Below, one piece after another: positions 43,701-58,700 of a stretch of 64,000 nucleotides of DNA (within the stretch, counting starts at the first letter, position 1; the number at the start of each line of letters is the position of its first letter). Source of the DNA: Cyanophora paradoxa CCMP329 (Eukaryota > Plantae > Glaucophyta); the NCBI GenBank assembly GCA_004431415.1, contig QPMI01000522.1:62001-126000 (forward strand), read 5' to 3'. The notes under the pieces are model-generated. The model saw only the letters and a list, made by a program, of their open reading frames with translations. It searched no databases and was not told the DNA's origin. Position numbers and translations under genes: made by a program.

Positions 43701-46700
43701 CTCCACCCATTGATACCTACACGCTTCTTATTCAAGATTCGTTCAAGGCCGGGGCTCGGGTGCGAGCCTGCGACAAGCATGCTTATACAATCCACTGGAG
43801 CTCGCTTTCATTTCAGCTTACTTTCATCGATGTCGTCGCAGATTCACACCAACTCCGTGCGCGATCATTGCTTGATGTTGATGTCGACCGCGATTGCACG
43901 CCTCGCGCATGAACAGTTATTTTGCTGATATCAACCTCTGTGCATTTGGCAGTGGGGCTGCGCCCTCGGTTCCCAAGCTCCAACGGCGTGCAACTACTAT
44001 AGCGGATGGAGCCACTACTTCGATATGTCAGTAAAAGACTGCGGACTTAATACTAGTAAATGCAAATTCATCAAATCACATTATCAACGCAACGAACAGG
44101 GGCACTTGGGAGCTCAAGCAGCTTCTCGTGCTTTCTGCTGCGTGAGCTACTCTTTGCTTGGGTTTGCTTTACTTGCATTTGATTTACAAACTACGCACTG
44201 CGGCAGCGGAAACGACGGAAGCAGAAGTGCGCGAAGAATATGATCTACAAATAATAACTTTGATAATAAGAAAAAAAGACGCTTTACCAACATTCTTCGC
44301 ATTGTTATTCTTGCGCCATTCTTGCAATTTATTTTTGGCTCCGGCAGACATTGATGGCTTGGTCGTGTCACCAGGTCCGGTGTTTGCAATCTTGCGTTTG
44401 AATTGCAATTTGTACTTGTCTTCTTCCCTCACATTCTCGCTACACGCTGCAGGGGTTTCCAAAAACATGTGCACTCGTAGTCTGGCATCTCGAATTTCGA
44501 TCATCTAGATCTATGCATATGATTTGTTTCCACTCACTGCGTTTTGTGGCCCGCAGCCTCACAGTAGGCGCCTCGTCGAATACCCAGAACTCGTGGCGAA
44601 GCGCTCTATTCTATTCAGGGAGCGACACGGGCTGGCATTATTGGTCCTCAAGAATCAATTCCTACCAGGTCCGGAGCCTGTTTCTCTAAGCCTGCGATAG
44701 TAGCTCGTTCATTGACGAGAGCGTGGATATGAGCGCAGGCGTGGTGTTTAAACAGCACGGGATTAGTAACAAGCGAAGGCGCAACCACGACAACGCTCCC
44801 TTGCGAATGCACTCAGATGAGCGAGTCCGACTGCAGCCTTCTGTCGATCGACTCCGCAACCTGCACCGAACTCACAAGGCCAATGCCGACGTCGACGAAT
44901 CACCGGTGTACTGGAAGCGACGTCGACAGGCTCGGGTGGTGGAAATACTGCTGTCCGGCAGAGGTGGGAGACAATGCATGGAGGCCGAAATACGTGAGCG
45001 TTCCGTTCGCTCTAGATCTATAGCTAAGAGTCCACTTTCGTCCACTATAGATTTAAGAGCCTTATTGCATTCAAAGTCATATATATATAACTTGACATTT
45101 GATTCTAAACGTGCGCAGAATATGCCAAATGCAGAGGTCTCGCTGATTTGCAACAATTCTCTGATTTCCTTGGTCGCTTAACTGCTCAAACAGGAAAATG
45201 TGGCTGACTTTAGCTCTTGGGGTCCAGCTTTCGACGGCCGCATCAAGTGCGATTCCGCTCAATCTAAATAAATATCTAAATGAAGAGAAGTGCGCGTAAA
45301 CCATCTCGAATTCTGTCACGCAGACCCGACATCGTGGCTCCGGGGCAAATGATAGTGAGCGCCAGCTCTGACAACTCGCGCGACTCCAGACAGTGCAGCC
45401 CAGGTACTCATGATTAGCTGCAGAGAACTCACCGTACAAACAGACGCACGCATAAGTTCATTTTACATATGTCGCGCAGTCGGACAGGATGGGCCCGGAA
45501 AGCCAGCCCTTAGGGTGATGCAGGGGACCTCGATGGCTACTCCCGCCGTGGCCGGTCTCGCGGCGCTTGTGCGGCAGTATTACAGGGAGGGCCGCTACGC
45601 GGACGGCACCGTAAACGCAACTGCGGCAATCACCCCTTCTGGATCCCTCGTCAAAGTGAGCGGACCTTGTTCCCCGTTTAACGCACTATTCTCTGTGGTG
45701 TAATTATTATTTGTCTTCTTACTACCTTGGGGATTCAGGCCACGATCATCAACTCGGCCAGGGCGCTAACCGGAAAGCTGCTGCTGAACGACTCGTCCAA
45801 CTACCTTTCGCTCCCAACATCCGTGCCAAACAAGCTCCAGGGCTTCGGCAGGCCTCAACTGGACCGAGCCCTGCGCCGCTCTGACCAGGGCACCAGCTTC
45901 GGGAACTTCGTGTGAGTGTTTATGGAATTTTTTGTGTACCGGGGGATTTTGACGCTTGATGGGGCAGGTTTCACGAGCGATACATGACGCTCGCAGACGT
46001 CGGCACGGTTCACTCGTACACCCTGACAATGGACAACATGTCTGTCCCGCTTATCATCACGATGACGTACGCGGACTACCCGGCTTCCACGAGCGCCGCT
46101 CTAGCGCTCGTCATAGACGTCGATCTGTGGGTGGAGAACGCGGCCGGAACCGTGATCTACGCGAACGGCGGGTCTTCATTCGACCGCCTGAATAACGTGG
46201 AGAAGATATACATTCCTCCGGCGAGCTTGACGGCGTCGATGACGATGAAAGTAAAACTCTACAGCTGGGGCGCCGCATCGACAGACTGTACGCGATCCTG
46301 ATGTATATCTATAGCTAATTCAAATTTGGCTGTCGAGATTTAGATTTGACTTGGCTCGCAGATCCGCTGCTCTACTCTCTCGTGGCCACTGGAGGCTTCC
46401 GCGAAACTACGCCGACGACTGTTTCCGATTATTCTGCAGCGTGGTGCAGCGGCGAAAACGTGCCAGCGGTCGCACCGGGCGCTTATGTGGAAGGATCAAC
46501 GACCACAAGGTCCAACCTGTTTAATCTGTACGTATCGAGCAGCCCGGATGCGTTATTCAGCTTCACAGCTCCTTCGGATGGGTCAGCGGTTCCAAGCTCA
46601 ATCAGTATTGATCATGAACGCTAATTTCCAACGCACGTGCACAGGACTTTGACAGTTTCCACATGCTCTGCAAAAACGAATTTCACGGCAATGCCTCATG

Positions 46701-49700
46701 TGCTGGGGGCGTCCTACACGTCCGCATGCGAAAAGGGGCTACCTACGTGGACAATCGAGAGAACGGACAAAACATCTGCACCGTACATCTACACCTGTAC
46801 ATTGCCACCGGTACCGTCGAACTACGGAGTCGTCTCCGTTTCTCTGAAAGCTGGGGACAGAAGGCTTGTTGCGATTGAAGGTACGCACGTGCACTAACGA
46901 TAAATTCATCCTTTCACATCGAATGATGTGCGCCAAACCTACATGTACAATAGCTGAATCGGAGTGCAGGATACACTGGCAGTCTTTCTGGTGATTTCGG
47001 CGCAACGTTCCAATTCAGCCCGTCGACGACACCAAGTCCCAGTCCAACGCCCAGCCCGTCGCCGAGCCCGAGCCCATCGCCGAGCCCAAGCCCGTCCCCG
47101 AGCCCCAGCCCGTCGCCAAGCCCGAGCCCGTCGCCCACCGAGACGCCGAGCCCCAGCCCGTCGCCAAGCCCGTCGCCCACCGAGACGCCGAGCCCCAGCC
47201 CGTCGCCCACCGAGACGCCGAGCCCCAGCCCGTCGCCCACCGAGACGCCGAGCCCGAGCCCGTCGCCCACCGAGACACCAAGCCCCAGCCCGTCGCCCAC
47301 CGAGACGCCGAGCCCGAGCCCGTCGCCCACCGAGACGCCGAGCCCGAGCCCGTCGCCCACCGAGACGCCGAGCCCGAGCCCGTCGCCCACCGAGACGCCG
47401 AGCCCCAGCCCGTCGCCCACCGAGACGCCGAGCCCGAGCCCGTCGCCCACCGAGACGCCGAGCCCGAGCCCGTCGCCCACCGAGACGCCGAGCCCGAGCC
47501 CGTCGCCCACCGAGACGCCGAGCCCCAGCCCGTCGCCCACCGAGACGCCGAGCCCGAGCCCGTCGCCCACCGAGACGCCGAGCCCGAGCCCGTCGCCCAC
47601 CGAGACGCCGAGCCCGAGCCCGTCGCCCACCGAGACGCCGAGCCGAGCCATCGCCCACCGAGACGCCGAGCCCCAGCCCGTCGCCCACCGAGACGCCGAG
47701 CCCGAGCCCGTCGCCCACCGAGACGCCGAGCCCGAGCCCATCGCCCACCGAGACGCCGAGCCCCAGCCCGTCGCCCACCGAGACGCCGAGCCCCAGCCCG
47801 TCGCCCACCGACGTCGACGAGACGCCGAGCCCGAGCCCGTCGCCCGCGGACGAGACGCCGAGTCCGAGCCCGTCGCCTGCGGACGAGACACCGAGCCCGA
47901 GCCCATCGCCTGCGGACGAGACGCCGAGCCCGAGCCCGTCGCCTGCGGACGAGACGCCGAGCCCGAGCCCGTCGCCTGCGGACGAGACGCCGAGCCCGAG
48001 CCCGTCGCCTGCGGACGAGACGCCGAGCCCGAGCCCGTCGCCTGCGGACGAGACGCCGAGCCCGAGCCCGTCGCCTGCGGACGAGACACCGAGCCCGAGC
48101 CCGTCGCCCACCAACGAGACCCGTAGCCCGAGCCCGTCGCCTGCGGACGAGACGCCCAGCCCAAGCCCGTCGCCTGCGGACGAGATGCCGAGCCCGAGCC
48201 CATCGCCCGCGGACGCGACGCCGAGCCCGAGCCCGTCGCCTGCGGACGAGACGCCCAGCCCGAGCCCGTCGCCTGCGGACGAGACGCCGAGCCCCAGCCC
48301 GTCGCCTGCGGACGAGACGCCGAGCCCCAGCCCGTCGCCCGTGGACGAGACGCCGAGTCCGAGCCCGTCGCCTGCGGACGAGACGCCCAGCCCGAGCCCG
48401 TCGCCTGCGGACGAGACACCGAGCCCGAGCCCGTCGCCCGCGGACGAGACGCCGAGCCCGAGCCCGTCGCCTGCGGACGAGACACCGAGCCCGAGCCCGT
48501 CGCCTGCGGACGAGACGCCCAGCCCAAGCCCGTCGCCCACCGAGACGCCGAGCCCGAGCCCGTCCCCCACCGAGACGCCGAGCCCGAGCCCGTCACCTGC
48601 GGACGAGACGCCGAGCCCGAGCCCGTCGCCCGTGGACGTGACGCCGAGCCCGAGCCCGTCGCCTGCGGACGAGACGCCGAGCCCAAGCCCGTCGCCCACC
48701 AACGAGACGCCGAGCCCGAGCCCGTCGCCTGCGGACGAGACGCCGAGCCCGAGCCCGTCGCCCACCAACGAGACGCCGAGCCCGAGCCCGTCGCCCGCCG
48801 ACGAGACGCCGAGCCCGAGCCCGTTGCCTGCGGACGAGACGCCCAGCCCGAGCCCGTCGCCTGCGGACGAGACGCCCAGCCCGAGCCCATCGCCTGTGGA
48901 CGAGACGCCGAGCCCCAGCCCGTCGACCATGGAGACGCCCAGCCCGAGCCCGTCGCCCACCGAGACGCCGAGCCCGAGCCCGTCCACCACCGAGACGCCA
49001 AGCCCCAGCCCTTCGCCCGCGGACGAGACGCCGAGCCCGAGCCCGTCGCCCGCGGACGCGACGCCGAGCCCGAGCCCGTCGCGTGCGGACGAGACGCCGA
49101 GCCCGAGCCCGTCGCCTGCCGACGAGACGCCGAGCCCGAGCCCGTCGCCCACCGACGTCGACGAGACGCCGAGCCCGAGCCAGTCGCCCGCAGACGAGAT
49201 GCCGAGCCCGAGCCCGTCGCCTGCGGACGAGACGCCGAGCCCGAGCCCGTCGCCTGCGGACGAGACGCCGAGCCCAAGCCCGTCGCCCACCGACGAGACG
49301 CCGAGCCCAAGCCCGTCGCCCACCGCAGGGGAGCCGACGGCGACCCCGTCGCCCAGCGCGAGCCCCGCCACGCCCACAGCGGCCGGGCCGACGGCGACCC
49401 CGTCGCCCAGCGCAAGCCCCGACACGCCCACCGCAGCCGAGCCGACGGCGACCCCGTCGCCCAGCGCGAGCCCCGACACGCCCACCGCAGCCGAGCCGAC
49501 GGCGACCCCGTCGCCCAGCGCGAGCCCCGACACGCCCACAGCGGCCGGGCCGACGGCGACCCCGTCGCCCAGCGCAAGCCCCGACACGCCGGTGGTGGCC
49601 GAGCCGACGGCGACCCCGTCGCCCAGCGCCAGCCCCGACACGCCGGTGGTGGCCGAGCCGACGGCAACCCCGTCGCCCAGCGCAAGCCCCGACACGCCGG

Positions 49701-52700
49701 TGGTGGCCGAGCCGACGGCGACCCCGTCGCCCAGCGCGAGCCCCGACACGCCCGCAGCAGCCGGGCCGACGGCGACCCCGTCGCCCAGCGCAAGCCCCGA
49801 CACGCCCGCAGCAGCCGGGCCGACGGCGACGCCGTCGCCCAGCGCGAGCCCCGACACGCCCGCAGCAGCCGGGCCGATGGCGACGCCGTCGCCCAGCGCG
49901 AGCCCCGACACGCCCGCAGCAGCCGGCCGACGGCGACGCCGTCGCCCAGCGCAAGCCCCGACACGCCCGCAGCAGCCGGGCCGACGGCGACGCCGTCGCC
50001 CAGCGCGAGCCCGGACACGCCCGCAGCAGCCGGGCCGACGGCGACGCCGTCGCCCAGCGCAAGCCCCGACACGCCCGCAGCAGCCGGGCCGACGGCGACG
50101 CCGTCGCCCAGCGCGAGCCCGACACGCCCGCAGCAGCCGGGCCGACGGCGACGCCGTCGCCCAGCGCGAGCCCCGACACGCCCGCAGCAGCCGGCCGACG
50201 GCGACGCCGTCGCCCAGCGCAAGCCCCGACACGCCCGCAGCAGCCGGGCCGACGGCGACGCCGTCGCCCAGCGCGAGCCCGTCGCCGAGCCCGTCGCCCC
50301 GCCCGAGCCCGTCCCCAAGCCCATCCTCGACCCCGACGCCGAGTCCAACGCCCGAGCTGTACACGATTGCCGCACCGACGGTGACATCGCCTTCAGTGGG
50401 GGCGACCGGTGTACCGCGGTCCGTGTCCGGGGAGGTGATAGTGGCCTTAACGATCCCCGCCGGAGCGACTTCTGTTCAAGTTACCTGCAAGCCACTCGGT
50501 GGGGCCGACATGGATCCTCGTGTTCTTTCAATCACAAACACCGCTCAAACAACAGCACAAATCAACGTGCATTGCTGCATTGTTCTCCTTTGTATGTCAG
50601 AAGCCCTAAATGCGTTGCGCACGCCAGGTTCTGGTCGAGGCTGGGAAGCAGTACGACTGCCGCACAACCGTGAGCAACAGCCGCGGGTCGTCGCCTGAGG
50701 TTTCCTTCTACTTTACAACGCGGGCTGGCCCCGCGCTCCCACAAGTTGCTGTCCCCGACCTCGACGTGAGCGGCGCCAGCGTCGCCAGCCGCGATGTGGA
50801 CGGCAGAGCGCTCTTCCAAGTCAGAGCGCTGGCGTCGGATTCGGTCACGTCGGCAACCGTCACGTGCAAGGCGACGACAGCCGTCGTCGGGGTAGTTGAT
50901 CCGGACCCTGTGACAGCTGCTGCAACATCGACGGAGATGAACTTGCTTGTGCGCACGAGTGCTTCAATTTCTTGCACAAATAATTATATAATATTTTTGC
51001 CTTTCCTCAATCTGTCCAATTCTAACGCTGAACGGTCTTGTCTTCGTCAGATCCCGCTCGCTTCGGGGACGGAATACGCATGCCGGGCTTCCACGGCAAA
51101 CGCCGCCGGCACGTCGCTGGAGGCGACGCGCACGTTCTCGACGCGCGCCGGCCCCGCCGTCCCGCGCATCACGGCGCCCGCCGCGGACGGAGACGTCGAC
51201 GTGGAGCGCGACGCGCAGGGCCGCGTTTCGGTCGTGCTTGCCGCGCTCGCGATCGACAAGATCACGAGCGCCTCCGTCACGTGCCGGGCGACCGTCGATG
51301 GCGCGGTCGACCTCGGCACGGTCCAAGTCACCGGCCTCTCCTCCCCCACGAGCGTCTCGATCTTGGTGCGCTACGTATACGTGCGGGCAGTTCAAGAATT
51401 TGATTTAATGATGCGCTGCTCTCCGCAGGTTCCGCTCGAGGCGCTCACGGGCTACGAGTGCCGAGCCACAACGGCGAACGCGGGCGGAGCGTCCTCCGTC
51501 GCCAGGCGCACCTTCCTCACCAAGAAGGGACCCGCGCCGATCGTCGCATCTTCGAGCAAGGCCACCGGAGCCGGCCTCTGCGCTTTCCAGACTGTCGACT
51601 CGGTCGTCCAGCTCACTGTCCAGGCCGTGGATTCGGAGGGCGTCAATGTGGTCGGGAGGAACCCCGGCACACTCACTGCTCGCGTGCGCATTTTATCTTC
51701 GTCTGTTCTGAAATCTTCAGCTCAACTACAATTAACTTTGATCGATCTTCGCCCGCGCAGCTTGTGTCTCTCACGGCTTCTGACCCCACTGACCCAACCG
51801 GCTCTCTGAGCTTCTATGGCGCGACTCCTGCGGCGGACACCGCTGCTGCTCCCCGCGTGATCAACAATCTGGACGGTGCGCATGCGGAATAACTTCCAAC
51901 GCTCTTTAATTTAGGTGCTGAGATGGATGATTCATTGCAGGGACGTTCACCGTCGAGTATTCGGTCCCTCCACGCCGAGGCACCTACGAGCTTCACCTCG
52001 AGCTGGCGACGGATGCCGCGGCTCGCTCGGGCGCCATCTCGGGATCGCCGTTCCGCGTGTTCGCCCTCCCGTCCGCCCAGACGACCGCGAGCATCGAGAA
52101 GCTCCCTGCAACCTCGAAGGCGCTCGCCAAGTACCCGCTCGGCTTCTTTGCCGCGTATCGCGACAAGTGCGTATCGAATTAAAAAGCACATTTGGAATCT
52201 TCCGCTTTGCCTGAATACAGGGCAGGAACGGAAACTTCATGGGCTCTCTCCCCGCCGGAGTCGACGGGTCCACGTGCGCTGCCGCCGCCACGCTCCGCGC
52301 GGCATCGGCGCCAGCGAGCCCGATCTCCATCCAAGTCTCCGGCGGAACGCTCGGAACCGATTACACGCTCCAAACGTTCGCGGGGACGTACGCCGCGAGC
52401 GGGAACTGGTCGGACAGCATCGCTCTCACGGCGCAGTCGCCGCGGACGCTGACGGTCACTGCGAGCGCCGCGGGGTCCACCGTGTACACGGCGACGGTGA
52501 CGGCCGTCTCTGCGGACGTGAGCCTCGCCACCTCGGGCGTCGCCGGCGCCGTGTGCAAGGCGTACACGGCCGGGACGACGTTCACCGCTCGCGTCGAGCT
52601 GAAGGACGTGCAAGGGAAGCTGGTGGGCGCCGGAGGCAGCAACGTCTCCGTCACCGCCGCCTACCTCGGCCCATCGTCCACGGCCCCGAACACGTGCGAG

Positions 52701-55700
52701 CGCTTGTTAATTCATTGATTATTAACTATTCGTGACTTCAAGCTGCTCTGGCGCAGCGGGGCGATCGCGTCTCCCACACTGGACCCGTCCTTCAGAGTGC
52801 TCGTCAACCCGAGCGTGGAGGACGCGCGCGCGGCGTCCGCCTCCGTGCGCAGCAACGACGACGGGACCTACGTGGCCAACATTCTCGCCATCAAGGCCGG
52901 CTACTACAGGCTCGCCGTCCTCGTCGATGGGAAGGCCGTTGCCGGCAACGGAGCCGTCTTCTTCGTCTACCCCGGTGCGAGCATCTTCTAGTTCTTCCGA
53001 TGGCAGGCTCATGGCCAATGCTGATTTCGTCGCTTGCAGGTGCCCCCGCCGCCGCTCCCTCCGCCACCTACCCCGGCACGCAAGCGAGCGGGCTGGAGTG
53101 GCTGTCGGCGTCCTCGTCCCTTGCGAGCGACCCCGTGCGAGCGTACGTCGCCGCCCGCGACGAGCTCGGCAACCTTGTGTCCACTTCCGCGTACTACGAC
53201 GGCCTCCCGGAGCCTGCGATGCCGGACACGATCGCGGCGAGCCTCGGCTTCACGGCTGCTCTCGATGCGACCGCCGCCTCGACATGCCGAGATCTCACCA
53301 TGCCAGCGCCGTGGGCCGCGACGGTGCACGGCCGCGGGGTTTTCAACGCATTTGTTTTATTTGCTAACGGAATCTGCAGACCATTGCTCTGACAGGCACC
53401 GTGACGACAACTACCCAAACGGTTCGCTTGCAATGCAATATTGTTTAATGCGATCCAATATATCTCTGTTTTACGGCGCATTCAATTCATTGATATTGAC
53501 GGCCCGAGAGCAGGCGGCGGGCTCGACCGCTTCATCGATCTCCATCAAGAGCTCGGCAGAGAGCGCGGCTGTCCGCGGCATCTACACGCTCGAGCTCTCG
53601 ATCTGCTCGGCCGGCCTGCACTCTCTGCAGGCGTCGCAGGCGTCGGCGGCCATGGGGAAGGCTTTCGCGCTGTCCGTCAGGCCGAACGTGCTGTCGGGCG
53701 TCGCTGGCCAGACCATCGCGGAGACCGTCGCCGATCTCTTGCCCGCGGAAGCAAGCAACTCGCTCCGCGTGACCGGAATGGACGTCTGCGGAAACGTCGT
53801 CGACTTCGACCAGGCGCCCAACAACGCGTTCAACTTCGCGTTCGCGGACGGAGTGGCGAGGCTGCCAATGTTCGCGGACTTCGTCGTCAGCGGTGGCAGC
53901 ACGCCGCTCTGCTCCTACGTCGTCTACCGCGGCCTCACAGGCTGCTTCCGCTCTTTCACCGTGCGTGCTTCAATAAACAGTTTGCATAATCTAATCATGA
54001 CTCTGCTCTAACGCGCGCGCCGCTGGCAGGTCGAGCGCGTCACCGGCACGGCCGGCACGGTCGTCCTCTCGTACCAGCTCTTCGCGTCGGGCAAGGGGAC
54101 GATCCGCCTCTTCGTCAACCGCAACCAGGAGACCTTCGTCCAGGGGGCCCGCCTCGTCGGGTCCGGGACCCCCGCGGCGACCCTCGCCGTGGAGCGAACG
54201 CCCAAAGAAGCTATCAAACTGAACAGCGCCCGCTTCTCGGACGAGGTGCGACCCTAGATCTCGCTGCTGTCTAATGTCTATCGGTTGCGTGCGTCATATA
54301 ATCTGATCGACTTATTTGCAGGGCAACGCCGTGCTCATCACGCTCAGCGAGCCCTCCGACATGCTGCAGACCTACATTACGTCTTCGGGCGCCATCGTGA
54401 ACGCGCAGGGGTACGCAAGGGCGCGGGCAATCTTCGCAAACGGCGACGCCCTGTTCGGGCCGGGTGAGATTCGAATTCGTATTAGACTGCAAACAGACTG
54501 CCTTGCAAACACTAACGTTAACCGTTTTTTTCAGACTCATACTGTTCTTTCCGCGATGCGTCGACGCTCGAGGTGACTATCAGCGGGGCCAAGGAAGACT
54601 CCATCCCGAACCTTGTCAAGATTGGCACCACTGTGTCGATTGCTGCCGGCGGCGCTTCGATCTTCAACGCGTGCGCTGATTTCTTCTTTCACTTTGCAAT
54701 TGGCAGCTTCACTGATTGCGGTTTGGGCATGCAATGCCGTTCATCTTCGCAGCATCGGAAATTCGGCGCCCATTCCCAACACGGTTGCGGTCCTCGTTCA
54801 GGCGCCGGCCAACCCGCCGAAGCCGGTCGTCACTCTCTCGGGAGACAAGGAGGTCGGCAAGTGCGACGTTGCCGAGTATGTCGCCGGAGTCAGCACCGGC
54901 GGCTGCGGGAGACCCCTTAGCTTCTCGTGGGTCATGACGAGCGCCGATGGCTCTGTCACAGTTGGTTCGTCCGACCCTGCACGGCGTGCCCGCAGCTTTT
55001 ACGTGTAGATTATATATTTAACGCCCGAACTCCCTGCAGACGCCAGCAAGTACTCGAAAGACACCCCGCCGTTCCTGTTCGTCAAGAGCTCTCAGAGCGG
55101 GGCCGGGCCCGCCGCTGGAGATTACGTCATCACGGTGGTCGGCACGAACTTCCTCGGCCAGTCCAGCGAACCCGCGCGCGCCCCGGTGCGTTTGCACGAC
55201 GCCTTGAAATTATATCAGTTTTGCGCGCAATTCACCGCGTCCTTGGCTCGCTCGCGCAGTTGAAAATCTCGGCCGGGGATCCTCCGCGCATCGTTATCGC
55301 GGAGGGCGCGCAGCTCACGACGAAGAAGGCCTCTCGCATGACCATGAACGCGCGGGCTTCCTTCAGCAGCTGCGTCGGCGGCGCAGGTGCGCGTGTTCGA
55401 ATTCGAAGCCGCGTGTGCTGTGCGCCCGCGCGCATTATAGAACTAATGGCCCGCGTCGATTTCAGCCGAGGCACTCGTCTTCAAATGGTTTGTTGACGGA
55501 GTGCTTCAATCCGAGAGCGGGCCGTCGTTTGCGGTCGGTCCGGGCGGAAAAGTCCTTGAGGTGCGCTCGCGTGACCGGGACTGCTCTGATTGGATTATGA
55601 TTGCAAGTTTCTCTGTGCGCAGCCCAACACGGCCGATAAGCCGACGTACACGATTACTGTAGAGGGGGCTTTCGCGACCAACCCAGATCAAAAGAACAGC

Positions 55701-58700
55701 TTCAGCGCAACCCTTACGGTTGTCCCGTCTGCTCTCGTCGCAAGCGCCCAGTCTTTCTCGAGCAAGACCTCTAGTGCGCAATTGAAATTTTTCGATCGGC
55801 ATCCATCTATTTTCGCACCTCATTCGCGCTGCTTGCAGCGTTCGCGCCCGACGATCTGGCGCTGACGAGCACCATTGGGTCCACCGCGGGCCTCCTCCTC
55901 GATGCGACGGCGTCGTTCGATCCGGACAACGTCATCGCTGCCGGCGGCTTCGATGATAAGCTTCAGGTGCCCCAATAATTCATCGGTGCATTTTGGTGCA
56001 TTTGGTGACGCAGCCTTCCTCCGCTCGCAGTGCAAGTGGTCTGTCGCTAGCGGCTCTCCTGCGGAGTCGCTTCCGAAGGACGCCAGCCTGCACCTCGCGG
56101 CGGGGGCGGCAGTCTCCCTTGAGCAGAACGGGTGCCGGGTCAAGATTGCAAGCGGCTCGCTCAAGGCGGACCCGACGATGCCCACGAAACCGTGCGTGAT
56201 TCCCATGATTCCATTAAAATGAATCCAAGCTGCAACTGTCGGCGAACTAAAAGCTATGCCTCCCTCAGGTTTACGTTCGTCGTCGAGGTCACCCGGAGCG
56301 ACGGCATCAACCGCGCCGCACAGAAGGCGTCGATATCCGTCCTCGTCGTGCAGTACTCGCCCCCGACCGTATCGATCTCGGTAAACGCCGAGCACCTGCA
56401 TCTGGAAGATAGCGCAAACGTTGCGGACTGATCTCATTCCTTCGCGCCTGGCAGATCAAGGACCGGCCTGCGACGTCGCGGCGCGTGAACGCGAACCAGG
56501 ACATCGTGCTCGTGGCCGCCCTCGGCGCGCCCGGCGACGTCGACGCCGCGGAGTTCGCGACGAACGGCGCGGCCGCCTACAGGCTCGCGTACCGGTGGTC
56601 GGTGTCCAGCGCGGCGACACTCGACCTTGAGAACACGGAGGTCGTGCCGAGCAGGTCGGCGCTAATGTTTTGCATCGAATTTCGGTTCAGTTCGACTCAC
56701 GAGCTCGCGTCTGCAGCACCGACACGAACCTCGTCCTCCGGAAGAACCTCCTCCGCTCCGGGCAGGACTACACGTTCGTCCTCTCCGTCACGATGGCGGT
56801 CGCGGGCGAGACGCGCAAGGCGGCCGGCGAGATCACCGTCTCCGTCAACCGCCCGCCCGCCTCGGGCAGCTGCACGCTGCGCAACAAGGACGGCAAAGAC
56901 GCCATCCGCGAGCAGCAGCGGGACCCGGCTCAGCAGATCCTGGCGCTCACCGAGGAGTACCGCCTCCTCTGCAGCGACTGGGTCACGTCCTCGAACCCGC
57001 TCTCGTACCGCTTCACGGTCGCCGAGGAGGGCGGCACCGAAGAGCAGACCCTCCGCGACTTCGCCGGCGACTCGACGCTGCCCCGGCTCCGGATCGCCTC
57101 CGCAAAGAGTCCGTTTAATTTCTCATTATATTGTATCGTCGTATTACGTTTTGTTTAAGTGCGCGCAGGCAAGCTGTTCTTCCGCGCTTATATTAAGGAC
57201 GCGGAGAACGCCGTGACGACGTTCCAGACGGACGCCTTCACAGTGACGGACGCGCTGGCGAACCTGAACGCGGAGCAGGCGGCGGCGCTCATCGACGAGA
57301 GCACGCGGGCGCAGATCGACAAGTGCCTCCTCGCGCGCGACTACGTCTGCGCGTTCGGCGGCATGGCGACGGCGTCGAGCTCCGCCCTGTCCCAGTCCTC
57401 CTCGACGGGGGCGCGGCGCCGGCTGCAGCTGCTCTCGAGCAGCTCGAGCCGCCGCCTCTCGGCCGCCAGCCCGGCCCTCCTCCAAATTCAGGTATTCTTT
57501 TGTACTTTTTCGAACAATTACGTCGTTACTTAACTCCGCTTCGCAGGTGAACGCGCTTCGCAGCGCGATCCAGGCGGTGGAGAGCGCGTCGTACGCGCCG
57601 ATGGCGGTCGCGGCGGCCTCGAGCCAGCTGGCGACCGTCCTCAGCGCCTCGTTCGTCGCCGACTACGCCCCCGCGGACCTTCGCGACGCCATCGGACTCG
57701 CGTCGAACCTGTCGGCGGCGTACGTGCGCGACTGCGCCGTGTACGACAGCGCGACGGACAGCGTCGTGCGCGACCTCGTGCGGGCGTCGCTGAACGCCTT
57801 CAGCAACGACGAGGCCATCAACGGCACGTCGCACGCCGAGCTCCGCCGCCTCGTCTCGCAGCTCGGCCGCCGCTCCCTCGAGTGCGGCCGCTGCGCCTCC
57901 AGCGCGGCCAACTGGACCTCGCCCGTCGCCTCGTACGCCGCGCCGGAGGCTGCGCGCGGCGACGCCGAGCTGCTCCCCATCCAGCTCTGCGTCTCCCGCA
58001 CGCTCCGCTTCCCGCCGCAGACGGTCGCCTTCGCTGGCTACGGCGCGCGCGTCGGCCTGCCGTCCAGCTTCGCCCTCTCCGTCCTCGGCAACGACACGAC
58101 GGACAGCGCCCTCGACGTCGTCGCATTCCGCCTGCCCTCCGTCGTCTACGGGCGCTCCGAGCGGTGCGCGAATTTTTGCATTATATGCAACCATGTTTCA
58201 GCGGCGTGACGTCGGCGGTTTTGCAGGTTTGCGTCCGACGTGGTCCAGCTTGCCGTGTACAAGAGCCGGTGCGGCGCGAGCTGCAGCACGCTGCCCGCCG
58301 ACAACCTCGAGCAACCGGTCTCCTTCGCCGACTTCGTGCCGGCCGCCGCCGCCTTCGACACCCTTTCCGAGCGGAGTGAGAGCGTCTTCTTCCCTTCGCA
58401 ATTTTCTTCTTCTGAAGTACATGCGCAGTTTCGCTCTCCCGCTTCAACGCGACCGCCGCGTCCTGGACGGAGGCGGCCCCGGGGGCCATCGCGCTGCGCT
58501 CGCCCGACGGGCGCTACGCGAGCGCCGCCCGCTCGCTGATCCCGGCCGGCGGGGCACCGCGCGCCTTTGTCGACCTCGCGAACGTCGTCCGCACGCGGCC
58601 GGAGTCGCGCAACGCGTCTGCACGGGCGACGCTGTCCGTCGATTTCCCCTTCTACGCCGCGAGCTCCGCCAGCGGCGGGAACGCGACGGCGGCTTCCGTC

